Under the pieces are notes generated by a model that was not told the origin of the DNA, searched no databases, and saw only the letters and a program-made list of their open reading frames with translations. 64,000 nt of DNA from Elusimicrobiales bacterium (GTDB lineage Bacteria > Elusimicrobiota > Elusimicrobia > Elusimicrobiales > UBA9959): contig JAQTZB010000012.1 of the NCBI GenBank assembly GCA_028688015.1, positions 11,268 through 75,267 on the forward strand, read 5' to 3'. Positions within the stretch are counted from its first letter, which is position 1. Each line of letters begins with the position of its first letter. A program made the position numbers and the translations under genes. Below are positions 26,597-37,109 of this stretch, piece after piece.

Positions 26597-28444
26597 TCAG
26601 TTCCCCAGGACCTCCTTTATCTTGGCCAGTATCTCGTCGGCGTTCAGCGGCTGGCCTTGCACCTTGTTGAGCCCCAGGGGCTCGAGCAGGTACTCGGAGC
26701 GCAGCAGCAGGCGCAGCTGGCCGGTATTTTCCTCCGGCACCAGCACTCTGCGGAAGCGCTTGAGGATAGCGCCCAAATCGGGCGGCAGCGGCCACAGGTT
26801 GCGCAGATGGGCCGAGGAGACGGTAAGGCCGGCCTTGCGGGCCTCGCCCATGGCCTCGATTATGGCGCCGTAGGTGGAGCCCCAGCCCAGCACCAGCAGG
26901 TCCCCCGACTCCGGGCCGTTGAGCCTGGTCGGCGGGATCTCGCGGGCTATGCCGGCTATCTTGGCGGCGCGGATGTCCGTCATCTTCTGGTGATTTTCCG
27001 GATCGTAGCTGATAGCCCCGGTAACGTCGGCCTTCTCCAGGCCGCCGATGCGGTGCTCGTAACCCTTCAGGCCGGGCCACGCCCAGGGGCGGGCCAGCGT
27101 GGCCGGGTCGCGCAGGTAGGGCTTGAAAGCCTCCGGCGCCGGCAGCGGCGGCAGGTCGAACTTCGGCAGCTCGGAGAGCTTCGGAATGCGGAAAGGCTCG
27201 GAACCGTTGGAGAGGTAAGAGTTGGACAGCACGATGACGGGCGTCATGTACTTGACGGCCAGGCGCGCGGCCTCGAGAGTGGTGGTAAAACAGTCGGCCG
27301 GGGAGCTGGCGGCAAGCACGGCCAGCGGGCTCTCGCCGTGGCGGCCGAAAACGGCCTGCAGCAGGTCGCTCTGCTCGGTCTTGGTGGGCAGGCCGGTGGA
27401 GGGCCCGCCGCGCTGCACGTTCACTATGACCATCGGCAGCTCTGTTATCACGCCGAGGCCTATGGCCTCTATCTTGAGGGACAGGCCCGGGCCGCTGGTG
27501 CCGGTGGCGGCCAGCTCGCCGGCGAAGGCGGCGCCCACGGTGGCGCACATCGCCGCTATCTCGTCCTCGGCCTGGAAAACGACCACGTCGTTGGCGCGGT
27601 GCTTGGACAGGGTGTGCAGGATCTCGGAGGCCGGGGTGATGGGGTAGGAGCCGTAGAACAGTTTCTTCTTGAGCAGCTTGGCCGCGGTGATCAGCGCGTA
27701 GGCCGCGGCCTCGTTGCCGGTGAGGTTGCGGTACTTGCCGGGGGCGACGGCGCTCTTTTTGGTCTGGAAGCGCGCGTCGAAGAGTTCGGTGGTCTCGGCG
27801 TAGTCGTAGCCGGCCTCCAGCACGCGGACATTGGCGGCGGCCAGGTCGGGCGTTTTCCCGAACTTGGCGTTGATGCGCTCCTTGGTAGGCCCCAGCGGCA
27901 GGCCGTACATCCAGAACATGATGCCCAGCATGTAGAAATTCTTGCACTTCAGCGCCTGCGGCTTGGGCAGGCCGGAGTCTTTCAGCGCGTTCTCCGTCAT
28001 CGTGTTGGCGGGCACGGCTATAACGCGGTAATTCGCGAGCGTGCCGTCCTCGAGCGGGTTGGCCTTGTAGCCGGCCTTGTCCAGCGCGGCCGGAGAGAAC
28101 GCGTCGGAATTGGCGATGATGACCGAGCCCTTGTCGAGGTTGTTCAGGTTGACGGCCAGCGCGGCCGGGTTCATGGCCACCAGGACGTTGGGCTTGTTGC
28201 CCGGGGTCATGACGGAATCGTCGCCGAAGGAGATCTGGAAGCCGCTGACGCCGGCCAGGGAGCCAGCGGGGGAGCGGATCTCGGCGGGGTAGTCGGGCAG
28301 GGTGCTGAGGTCGTTGCCGGCCACGGCGGTGGCGTTGGCGAACTGGCTGCCCACCAGCTGGATGCCGTCGCCGGAATCGCCGGCGAAGCGGACGGTAACC
28401 GAGCTTAATTCGCTGACGTTTACGGTTTTTTTCTTGCCGTTCAT
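26597..28444 (-). CDS. korA: 2-oxoglutarate (2-oxoacid):ferredoxin oxidoreductase, alpha subunit.
   Basis: N-terminus VRFAGDSGDGIQLVGSQFA...DLSTLPDYPAEIRSPAGS is typical of the fused gamma/alpha-type subunit. It is adjacent to korB with a 1-nt gap. Confidence 0.85.
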   Translation of the reverse strand: MNGKKKTVNVSELSSVTVRFAGDSGDGIQLVGSQFANATAVAGNDLSTLPDYPAEIRSPAGSLAGVSGFQISFGDDSVMTPGNKPNVLVAMNPAALAVNLNNLDKGSVIIANSDAFSPAALDKAGYKANPLEDGTLANYRVIAVPANTMTENALKDSGLPKPQALKCKNFYMLGIMFWMYGLPLGPTKERINAKFGKTPDLAAANVRVLEAGYDYAETTELFDARFQTKKSAVAPGKYRNLTGNEAAAYALITAAKLLKKKLFYGSYPITPASEILHTLSKHRANDVVVFQAEDEIAAMCATVGAAFAGELAATGTSGPGLSLKIEAIGLGVITELPMVIVNVQRGGPSTGLPTKTEQSDLLQAVFGRHGESPLAVLAASSPADCFTTTLEAARLAVKYMTPVIVLSNSYLSNGSEPFRIPKLSELPKFDLPPLPAPEAFKPYLRDPATLARPWAWPGLKGYEHRIGGLEKADVTGAISYDPENHQKMTDIRAAKIAGIAREIPPTRLNGPESGDLLVLGWGSTYGAIIEAMGEARKAGLTVSSAHLRNLWPLPPDLGAILKRFRRVLVPEENTGQLRLLLRSEYLLEPLGLNKVQGQPLNADEILAKIKEVLGN

Positions 28445-28592
28445 GCGAACCCCTTAAAAACAGCTTGCCCGGCCGGAAACAGAGGCGGCGCCGGGTCTGC
28501 AGCGACTTTGCCCAAATTATATTACAATTTGTATCATTAAGGTTCAACAACAGGCCCGCGGCCGGGGCCGGGGCTTTCCGGAGGCTTTTTTA

Positions 28593-29753
<1,161 letters not shown>

Positions 29754-29758
29754 CTGAC

Positions 29759-30679
29759 ATGTCCATACTCCTCAACAAGAAAACCAAGCTCATCGTTCAC
29801 GGTTTTACCGGAGCGCAGGGCTCTTTCCACGCCCAGCAGTGCCTCGACTACGGCTCCAATATCGTCGGCGGCGTGACGCCCGGCAAGGGCGGCACGGAGC
29901 ACCTGGGCCGCCCGGTCTTCAACACCGCCAAGGACGCCGTGAAGGCCACCGGCGCCAACGCCTCGCTGATCTTCGTCCCGCCGCCCTACGCGGCCGACTC
30001 CATCCTGGAGGCCGCCGACGCCGGCGTCTCCGTCATCATCTGCATCACAGAGGGCATCCCGGTGATGGACATGGTGCGCGTTAAGAAGCGCCTCGCGGCC
30101 CTTAACACCTGCGCCCATAAAGTCACGCTGGTGGGCCCCAACTGCCCCGGCGTTATCACCCCCGGGGAATGCAAGGCCGGCATCATGCCCGGCTACATCC
30201 ACAAGAAGGGCTCGGTAGGCGTGGTGTCGCGCTCGGGCACGCTCACCTACGAAGCCGTCTGGCAGGTGACCTGCCAGGGGCTGGGCCAGAGCTCCGTGGT
30301 GGGCATCGGCGGCGACCCGGTGCAGGGCATGAATTTCGTTGACGCGCTCAAGCTTTTCCAGGCCGACACGCAGACGAAGGCCGTTATCATGATAGGCGAG
30401 ATAGGCGGCTCGGCCGAAGAGGACGCGGCCCGCTACATAAAGGCCGAGATGACCAAGCCGGTGTTCTGCTTCGTCGCCGGCAAGACCGCCCCCCCCGGCC
30501 GCCGCATGGGCCACGCCGGCGCCATCGTGGAAGGCGGGGCCGGCACGCACGCCTCTAAGGTGGAGGCGCTCAAGAAGGCCGGCGCGACCGTGGTGGACAA
30601 CCTCTCTGAGATAGGCGCTGCCGTGGCGGCGAAGCTCGGTGGCAAAGCGAAACCGAAGGCAAAGCCCGCGCGGAAATAG
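29759..30679 (+). CDS. sucD: Succinyl-CoA synthetase alpha subunit.
   Basis: [21 protein letters not shown] and MGHAGAIV (the phospho-His loop). Confidence 0.93.
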   Translation: MSILLNKKTKLIVHGFTGAQGSFHAQQCLDYGSNIVGGVTPGKGGTEHLGRPVFNTAKDAVKATGANASLIFVPPPYAADSILEAADAGVSVIICITEGIPVMDMVRVKKRLAALNTCAHKVTLVGPNCPGVITPGECKAGIMPGYIHKKGSVGVVSRSGTLTYEAVWQVTCQGLGQSSVVGIGGDPVQGMNFVDALKLFQADTQTKAVIMIGEIGGSAEEDAARYIKAEMTKPVFCFVAGKTAPPGRRMGHAGAIVEGGAGTHASKVEALKKAGATVVDNLSEIGAAVAAKLGGKAKPKAKPARK

Positions 30680-30721
30680 TAGAATTACCGAAGGCCGCGC
30701 CGCGGGCGGCCCGGACGCGCG

Positions 30722-31648
30722 ATGATAAAGAGATACAAGATAGACAACCACCAGCTCAAGCTCGTCGAGGCGGAAACGCCCGACGTGTGGGTGGTCGTCA
30801 GCCCCACCGAGGACGAGAAGAAATGGCTGGTCGAGAACTTCCAGCTCGACGACCACAACTTCGCCTCAGCCTTCGACCCCGAGGAGCCGGCCCGCATGGA
30901 GTCCGACACGGACCACCTGGCCCTCATCTTCAAGCGCCCCAAGAACTACTCGTCCAAAGACCATTTCATGTTCAAGGTCTCGTCGATGGGGCTGTTCCTC
31001 TACAAGGATAAGCTGATCCTGGCCCTCTCCGAGGACATCAACATGTTCTCCGGCAAGTATTTCAAGCACGTCGACGGCATCCGCGAGGTGTTCCTGAAGC
31101 TGATCTACAATTCCATCTTCCACTTCATGGAGCACCTCAAGGTCATCAACATGATCGCCGAGGAGATCGAGACCAAGATCACCTACTCCATGGAGAACCG
31201 CTACCTGATCAACATGTTCACCCTGGAGAAGAGCCTGGTTTATTACCTCAACGCCATCAACGGCAACTCCACCGTGATCGAGCGCCTCAAGCACGGCGCC
31301 GAGAAGCTCGGCTTCAGCCAGCGCAGCGTGGAATTCATAGACGACATCACGATAGAGAACCAGCAGTGCTACCGGCAAGCCTCCATCTACTCCAACATCT
31401 TCGCCTCGCTGGTGGGCGCGCGCGCCTCCATCGTCAGCAACAACCTCAACATCCTGATGAAGAACCTCAACGCCATCGTCATAGCGGTGGCCGTACCCAG
31501 CTTCTTCGCCGGGGTCGGCGGCATGTCCGAATTCTCCGCCATGACCGGCATCGCCAACTGGAAGCTGTCCTACCCGCTGTTCCTGCTGGCCATGCTGGCC
31601 GTGGGCGCCGTTACCTTCGTAGCCATCAAGCGCCTCGAAAAGCATTGA
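30722..31648 (+). CDS. CorA-family divalent cation channel-like protein with a variant pore motif.
   Basis: Two C-terminal TM helices. SFFAGVGGMSEF sits at the position of the canonical YGMNF loop. Confidence 0.7.
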   Translation: MIKRYKIDNHQLKLVEAETPDVWVVVSPTEDEKKWLVENFQLDDHNFASAFDPEEPARMESDTDHLALIFKRPKNYSSKDHFMFKVSSMGLFLYKDKLILALSEDINMFSGKYFKHVDGIREVFLKLIYNSIFHFMEHLKVINMIAEEIETKITYSMENRYLINMFTLEKSLVYYLNAINGNSTVIERLKHGAEKLGFSQRSVEFIDDITIENQQCYRQASIYSNIFASLVGARASIVSNNLNILMKNLNAIVIAVAVPSFFAGVGGMSEFSAMTGIANWKLSYPLFLLAMLAVGAVTFVAIKRLEKH

Positions 31649-31685
31649 CCCGGCCCGCTCCCCGCGGCTATTTCCCTCTTTTTAT

Positions 31686-32984
31686 ATGCCAAAACTTTTC
31701 ATCGTTTCGCTCGGGTGCCCCAAGAATCTTTCCGACGCCGAGGTCATGGCGGGCGAACTGGCCGCGGCCGGCTGGGAGCTGGTCTCCGACGAAGCCTCGG
31801 CCGACGCCGCGCTGGTAAACACCTGCGCTTTCCTCAGCTCCGCCGTGGCTGAATCCGAGGGCGAGATCCGGCGCCTGCTGCGCCTGAAGGCGCGCGGCAA
31901 GCTGGCCAAGGTACTGGTGGCCGGCTGCCTGGTGGAGCGGGAGAAGGAAGCCTTAATGAAGCGCTTCCCGGATCTGGACGCCCTGGTGGGCATAAATTCC
32001 CTGGCCAAGGCCGCAGAAGCAGTAGAGCTGGGCAAGACCTACCTGCTCCCCCCGTCGCCGCGACTGGATTCACCGCGTCTCAAGGCCCGCCTCACCGCGC
32101 AGCACAGCGCGTATCTGAAGATCGCCGACGGCTGCGACAACCGCTGCGCCTACTGTCTGATCCCGTCCATCCGCGGCGGGTTCCGCTCCAAGCCACTGGA
32201 ATCGGTAGTGGAGGAGGCCCGGCGCCTGGCCGCCAGCGGCGCCATGGAGATCTCCCTTATCGCGCAGGATACCACCTCTTACGGCGCGGACCTTTACGGC
32301 AGGCCGCGCCTGGCCGAGCTGCTCAGGGAGCTGGTGAAGATAAAGAACGTGCGCTGGTGGCGCCTGATGTACGTCTACCCCGAGCGCGTCACCAAGGACC
32401 TGATAGCGGTGATGAAGGCGCACAAGACCGTGTGCCGCTACCTCGACATGCCGCTGCAGCACATAGCGCCCGGCGTGCTGCGCCGCATGAACCGCTCTTC
32501 CACCGAGCGCTCGATAAAGGCCAAGCTCGCGGAACTGCGCCGCGCCATGCCCGACATCGCCCTGCGCACCAATTTCATAGTCGGCTTCCCCGGAGAGACG
32601 CCGGCGGATTTCAAGAAGCTGCTGGCCTTCGTTAAGGCCGAAAAGTTCGACAACCTCGGCGTATTCGCCTACTCGCGCGAGCCCGGCACCTCCGCCGCCG
32701 GCTTCCCGGACCAGGTGCCGGAGGCAGTCAAGGCGGAGCGGGTGGACGCGCTGGTGCGCGCCCAGAGCGGCGTGGTGGACTCTGTCAACGCCGGCCTGCG
32801 CGGCAAGAAGCTGGACCTACTGATGGATTCCCCACGCTTCGGGCGCACCTACCGCGACGCGCCGGAGATAGACGGCCGCGTTGAAGTGGAGGCCCGCCCC
32901 GGCTCCGGCCTCATGGCCGGCTCCTTCGTCAAGGCTAAGATCACAAGCGCCGCCGGCTACCTGCGCAAAGCGCGCCTCGCCTGA
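31686..32984 (+). CDS. rimO: Ribosomal protein S12 methylthiotransferase (MiaB-family radical SAM).
   Basis: LFIVSLGCPKNLSDAEVM N-terminal UPF0004 domain, ADGCDNRCAYCLIP radical SAM motif, and a C-terminal TRAM-like region. Confidence 0.85.
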   Translation: MPKLFIVSLGCPKNLSDAEVMAGELAAAGWELVSDEASADAALVNTCAFLSSAVAESEGEIRRLLRLKARGKLAKVLVAGCLVEREKEALMKRFPDLDALVGINSLAKAAEAVELGKTYLLPPSPRLDSPRLKARLTAQHSAYLKIADGCDNRCAYCLIPSIRGGFRSKPLESVVEEARRLAASGAMEISLIAQDTTSYGADLYGRPRLAELLRELVKIKNVRWWRLMYVYPERVTKDLIAVMKAHKTVCRYLDMPLQHIAPGVLRRMNRSSTERSIKAKLAELRRAMPDIALRTNFIVGFPGETPADFKKLLAFVKAEKFDNLGVFAYSREPGTSAAGFPDQVPEAVKAERVDALVRAQSGVVDSVNAGLRGKKLDLLMDSPRFGRTYRDAPEIDGRVEVEARPGSGLMAGSFVKAKITSAAGYLRKARLA

Positions 32985-33042
32985 CCAGGCCGCTGAAGCT
33001 CCAGGGTTAGGAAGATAGGAAGCAGCGTCCCCTCACTACTCG

Positions 33043-33621
33043 CTAGCTGCCCTGCAGAAAAAGACGGCCCTTTACCGAAGCCCCGAGCGCTTCGAGGTTT
33101 ACGGGTTTGGAAAAATAATCAAAGGCTCCGAGCGTGAGGCACCCCCGCGCGACCTCCTCGCTATCGTTGCCGCTCAGCATCACGATACCGGTACCCGGCA
33201 GTTCCCTGAAAAGCGTGCCAAGCACTTCTACGCCGCTCCTCCTGGGCATGTAGATATCCAACAGGACGATATCCGGGCGGGTTTCCCTCGCCAGGCGCTC
33301 GGCGGCTATCCCATCCGCCGCGGTTATTACATCGTACCCGGCACCGCTGAAGAATTTTTTCAGTACCCCTCGCATAGCGCTGTCGTCGTCGGCCACCAGG
33401 ATCAAGGGGCGCTTCTTCTCCGCCGGCTTGGATCCGGACGGAGAAGCAGGGGCGGCGGCCCGCAGGAATTCTTCCCGGCCGGAGGGAGGCTTGAACATGA
33501 AAACCCGCAAGCCGTTAAGCCAGTCCGCAACGGGAACGGACCGGCAGCCGTAGCGCGTAAGCAAGCCCGAAAGCGCACCCGCCACAGCCCTGTCATTATC
33601 CATCACAAGGATTCTGCCCAT
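33043..33621 (-). CDS. Single-domain response regulator (REC), preceded by a truncated REC-like N-terminal remnant.
   Basis: LILVADDD...PDIVLLDIYMPRRSG...SGNDS...FDYFSKP. Residues 1-45 (RILVMDNDRAVAGALSGLL...) look like the first strand and helix of another REC domain. Confidence 0.75.
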   Translation of the reverse strand: MGRILVMDNDRAVAGALSGLLTRYGCRSVPVADWLNGLRVFMFKPPSGREEFLRAAAPASPSGSKPAEKKRPLILVADDDSAMRGVLKKFFSGAGYDVITAADGIAAERLARETRPDIVLLDIYMPRRSGVEVLGTLFRELPGTGIVMLSGNDSEEVARGCLTLGAFDYFSKPVNLEALGASVKGRLFLQGS

Positions 33622-33660
33622 ACCGATTACCCCCTATCGACTCCGCCTGGGCGCGAGGAA

Positions 33661-36600
33661 CTAACCCAGGGCGTCGTTCATCGCGGAGTGCAGTTCGTCC
33701 ACGTTAAAAGGCTTGCCGAGGAACGGCACCCCGGACTCCTTGAGCTTGGCCAGCAGCTGCGCGTTCAACAGGTTCCCGGTAGTGAAGATAAAGCCGGCGT
33801 CGGAGCCGGACCGGAGCAGCTCTTCCCGCACGGAAAAGCCCTTCACGGCCCCCATTTCCACGTCGCAGATCACCAGGTCATACCGCCCCTTGGCGAGCAG
33901 CGCCAGGCCTTCGGCGCCGGAGCCGGCCGTGTCCACCAGCTGCCCCGAAGCCTCCAGCATGCGCTTGAGCATAATCTGCATCGCCGCTTCGTCGTCCACC
34001 ACCAGCACCTTTTTTCCGGGCGCCGGGCTGTGCACACCGCCGGCGTCCTCCGCCGCGTCCGCTGGCGCGCTGACTATGGGCAGCTCCAGCGTGAAGACCG
34101 TGCCGCTCCCCGGAGCGCTTTCGCAGGTTATCGCGCCGCCGTGGTCCTCCGCTATCCGCCGGCAGATGGGCAGCCCCAGGCCGGTGCCCTGCCCTTCGTC
34201 CTTGGTAGTGAAGAACGGGTCGAAGACACGCGGCAGGATGTCCTGAGGGATCCCGGGGCCGTTATCGGCGACCGTGATGTGCACCGAGGTGCCGCGGTGC
34301 ATGGTCTCTATGGTTATGGTTTTCTCCCCGGCGTTCTGCGCGAGGGCGTCGCATGCGTTCTGCACCAGGTTCACCAGGATCTGCTCTATCTGGTGATAGT
34401 CGGCCATGATGGGCGGGACAAGGCCCGCCAGGCGGGTGACCACCCGGATATTCTCGGTCTTGGTCAGTTTGTAAGCCATCAGTTCCAGGGAGCTCCTCAC
34501 CACCTCTTCCGGGGAGACCGCCTGCTTTTTCTTGCGCGTCTCCCTGACAAAAAGCAGCAGGTTCTTTATTATCTTGCCGCAACGCACCGAGCCCTCGTAG
34601 ATGGCCGCCAGGTCTTCGGCGGGCGCCACCACCAAGCCGTTCTTGCGGCTCTTGTAGAGGATATCGGCATAGCCTACTATGGCGCCAAGCGGGTTATTGA
34701 GCTCGTGCGCCACGCTCGAGATCAGTTTCCCGACCGCCGTAAGTTTTTCCGCCTGGATAAGCTGGGAATGCAGGCTGCGCTGCTCGGAAGTGTCCCGGAT
34801 CACCACGGTCCATTCTTTTTTATTGCCGCCGGGCGTCTTGCCGGAGCCGGCCCAGGTGACGTCCAGCTCCAGCTTCTTCCCGTCGGCGTCCAGGCCGGGC
34901 ACGCAGGTGTCGCCGTAATACCCGGTCTCCCGTAGTTTGCGCAGGATCACCTCGAAAGCCAGCGGGTCGAACAGGCGGGACACCAACTTGCCGGTTATCT
35001 CCTCCGCGTCGTAGCCGAAAAGGGCCCCGGCGCCCAGGTTCCAGACGTTCACCCGCAGGTTCTCGTCGAGGCCCAGGATGGCGTCCGGAGAATTATCCAG
35101 GACCGTGCGGTAGCGCGCCTCCGAAAGCTTCACGCTGCTCACCAGGCCGGCGTTCTCCAGCGCCAGCGCGGTGAAGTTGCCGAACAGGGTCAGGTTGCGC
35201 ACCTGTTCGTCGGTAATGGGCGATCCGGAGCGGCAATTATCCGCGGCGATCACCCCGAGCACCTTTTTTTCGGTCATCAGCGGCACCAGGCAGAAAGCCT
35301 TGGTGCCGGTCTCTTCGATGAACCGCATGTTGACCCCGGGCAGCCCGCCCGGCGCCTTCACGTTGATGGGGGCGCGCTTGCGCACCACTTCGGCCAGGAT
35401 ATCGTCCCCGTCCAGCGGCACGGCGCGCGCGCGCATCTTGGCCTCGTCGAAACCCTCTTTCTCCGTGGCGTGTACGTAGCGGCCCAGGATCATCCGCTTT
35501 TCGGCGTCCACCAGGTAAAGCACTCCCCGGTCGAAGCCCAGCCCCGACACGGCGGCCTCAAGGCAGACGCGGCAGATATGCTCTTCTTCCAGGTTCTCTA
35601 TCACGCCGGCGCTCATGCGCTGCAGGAACAGCAGCTCTTTTATCCGGGATTCCAGCTCGCGGGTGCGCTCGGTAAGCTGCACGCCCATACTGTTGAAGGA
35701 CTCGGCCAGCACGCCTATCTCGTCGCGGCCGGCCAGGTCCACCCGCTCGAACTCCCGCCCCTCGGCCAGTGCCCGCGTAGCCAGCACCAGTTTCTCAAGG
35801 GGCCGCGTCATCCCCTTTATGGTGAAATAGATGACGAGCCAGACCAGAACGCCGAAGAAGAAACCAAGAAAGATTGTGACCCGGCTTATGCTGGTGAGCG
35901 GGGCTTTGAAGTCGCTCATCGGCGCCACCAGCATGACGCGCAGGTCCGTGCCGGGGATGCTCTCGCGCGCCGTAAAATCCCCGGCGGCAGCTGGCGCGCC
36001 CCGGTAATCGTCACGCCACGCCAGCACGGGCGCGTCGGCCAGGTCCGTGATATAGGCCTGGCTGTTATAACCCACCCGCAGGTTGGCCAGCAGGTACTGC
36101 AGCGGCCTCAGGCCGGCCTCCAGGACGACCGCGCCCCGGAACTTCTTCAGGTCGTCGTAGACCGGCCTGGCGTAGATTATTACCGGCCCGTAACGGGGGT
36201 CCCATGAAACGGGGGAGACCAGCGTTCCCCTGGCGCCGCCGGAGGCCAGCTGCTTTACCAACTGGCGCGCGGCCGTATGGCCGCCGGCCGGCAGCGGCAC
36301 GGAACTCTCTACGCCGCAGACGGTACGGCCGGCCGGATTGGCGAAGTAAACGCGGTTATACACCCTGGCCCTTTTCGAGAAGTTCCCGAAATAGCGCTCC
36401 AACTCCCGGCGGTACTGGCCGGCCTCTTCGGAGAGGCCGTAGTCCACGTTGTTGTAATAGTCCGCCAGCAGGGAGGTTTCGGAAAGGGTCTCGATGTCGC
36501 TCTCCCGCTGCCTGAAGAAAGTGGAGACGCCGGCCGCCGCCCCGCTGCTGAAAGCGGCGAGTTCTTTGTTGACGCTGTGGGTGATGTGGCGCTTGGTGTA

Positions 36601-36708
36601 ATAATAAGCCGAGACGCCCAGCAGCAGGATCCCCGCCAGCGACACGGGCACCACCCCCAGCAGAAAGCGCCGGGCCAATGCCCCCTGCCCGGACCAGATA
36701 ATTTTCAT
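33661..36708 (-). CDS. Hybrid sensor histidine kinase: periplasmic Cache-like domain, HAMP, GAF, PAS, HisKA, HATPase, REC.
   Basis: Two TM segments flank an extracytoplasmic domain of about 260 aa. H-box SSVAHELNNPLG, then DNGPGIP and GTGLGLPICRRI, then a C-terminal REC (VLVVDDE...DLVICDVEM). Confidence 0.85.
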   Translation of the reverse strand: MKIIWSGQGALARRFLLGVVPVSLAGILLLGVSAYYYTKRHITHSVNKELAAFSSGAAAGVSTFFRQRESDIETLSETSLLADYYNNVDYGLSEEAGQYRRELERYFGNFSKRARVYNRVYFANPAGRTVCGVESSVPLPAGGHTAARQLVKQLASGGARGTLVSPVSWDPRYGPVIIYARPVYDDLKKFRGAVVLEAGLRPLQYLLANLRVGYNSQAYITDLADAPVLAWRDDYRGAPAAAGDFTARESIPGTDLRVMLVAPMSDFKAPLTSISRVTIFLGFFFGVLVWLVIYFTIKGMTRPLEKLVLATRALAEGREFERVDLAGRDEIGVLAESFNSMGVQLTERTRELESRIKELLFLQRMSAGVIENLEEEHICRVCLEAAVSGLGFDRGVLYLVDAEKRMILGRYVHATEKEGFDEAKMRARAVPLDGDDILAEVVRKRAPINVKAPGGLPGVNMRFIEETGTKAFCLVPLMTEKKVLGVIAADNCRSGSPITDEQVRNLTLFGNFTALALENAGLVSSVKLSEARYRTVLDNSPDAILGLDENLRVNVWNLGAGALFGYDAEEITGKLVSRLFDPLAFEVILRKLRETGYYGDTCVPGLDADGKKLELDVTWAGSGKTPGGNKKEWTVVIRDTSEQRSLHSQLIQAEKLTAVGKLISSVAHELNNPLGAIVGYADILYKSRKNGLVVAPAEDLAAIYEGSVRCGKIIKNLLLFVRETRKKKQAVSPEEVVRSSLELMAYKLTKTENIRVVTRLAGLVPPIMADYHQIEQILVNLVQNACDALAQNAGEKTITIETMHRGTSVHITVADNGPGIPQDILPRVFDPFFTTKDEGQGTGLGLPICRRIAEDHGGAITCESAPGSGTVFTLELPIVSAPADAAEDAGGVHSPAPGKKVLVVDDEAAMQIMLKRMLEASGQLVDTAGSGAEGLALLAKGRYDLVICDVEMGAVKGFSVREELLRSGSDAGFIFTTGNLLNAQLLAKLKESGVPFLGKPFNVDELHSAMNDALG

Positions 36709-37109
36709 ACCTTTGAAAGCCGCCTTGATTTTTTCTTACTGAACACTATTTTCGCATCCGGCTTGTTCATGTCCATCTGCGGCAGAAAAACGGAAACAGC
36801 CTCTACCCCGGCCCCCGCGGCCTCGAACCTGTGCTCCACCCCGCATGGGAGAAACAGGTAATCTCCCTCGCGGAGACGTATCTTCCTGCCGTCGATTATC
36901 CCGGTCATCTCCCCCTTTGTGACATAGACGAACTCCATAGTGCGGGAATGGATCACGTATGGCGCAGTACCATTCGGGGGCAGGGACTCGTGAAGGAAAG
37001 TGAGATTTAAGGGTCCCGCGGCATCCACGACGCGCATTTCCAGATCGCCCAACCTGCGGATGGTGAGCGAAGAGATGTTCCCGTGTTTGACCTTGTGCTT
37101 ATTCTTCAT
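36705..37109 (-). CDS. Cupin domain protein.
   Basis: HSRTMEFVYVTKGEMTGIIDGRKIRLREGDYLFLPCGVEHRF is a cupin motif pattern. 4-nt overlap with the kinase gene. Confidence 0.7.
   Translation of the reverse strand: MKNKHKVKHGNISSLTIRRLGDLEMRVVDAAGPLNLTFLHESLPPNGTAPYVIHSRTMEFVYVTKGEMTGIIDGRKIRLREGDYLFLPCGVEHRFEAAGAGVEAVSVFLPQMDMNKPDAKIVFSKKKSRRLSKV

Noticed and set aside
26444-28550. Two ORFs of about 650 aa (26444..28408 on +, 26580..28550 on -) overlapping korA.
   Set aside because: Their composition is shadow-like (R/G/A/P-rich). The 26597..28444 frame carries the recognisable oxidoreductase alpha-subunit sequence.
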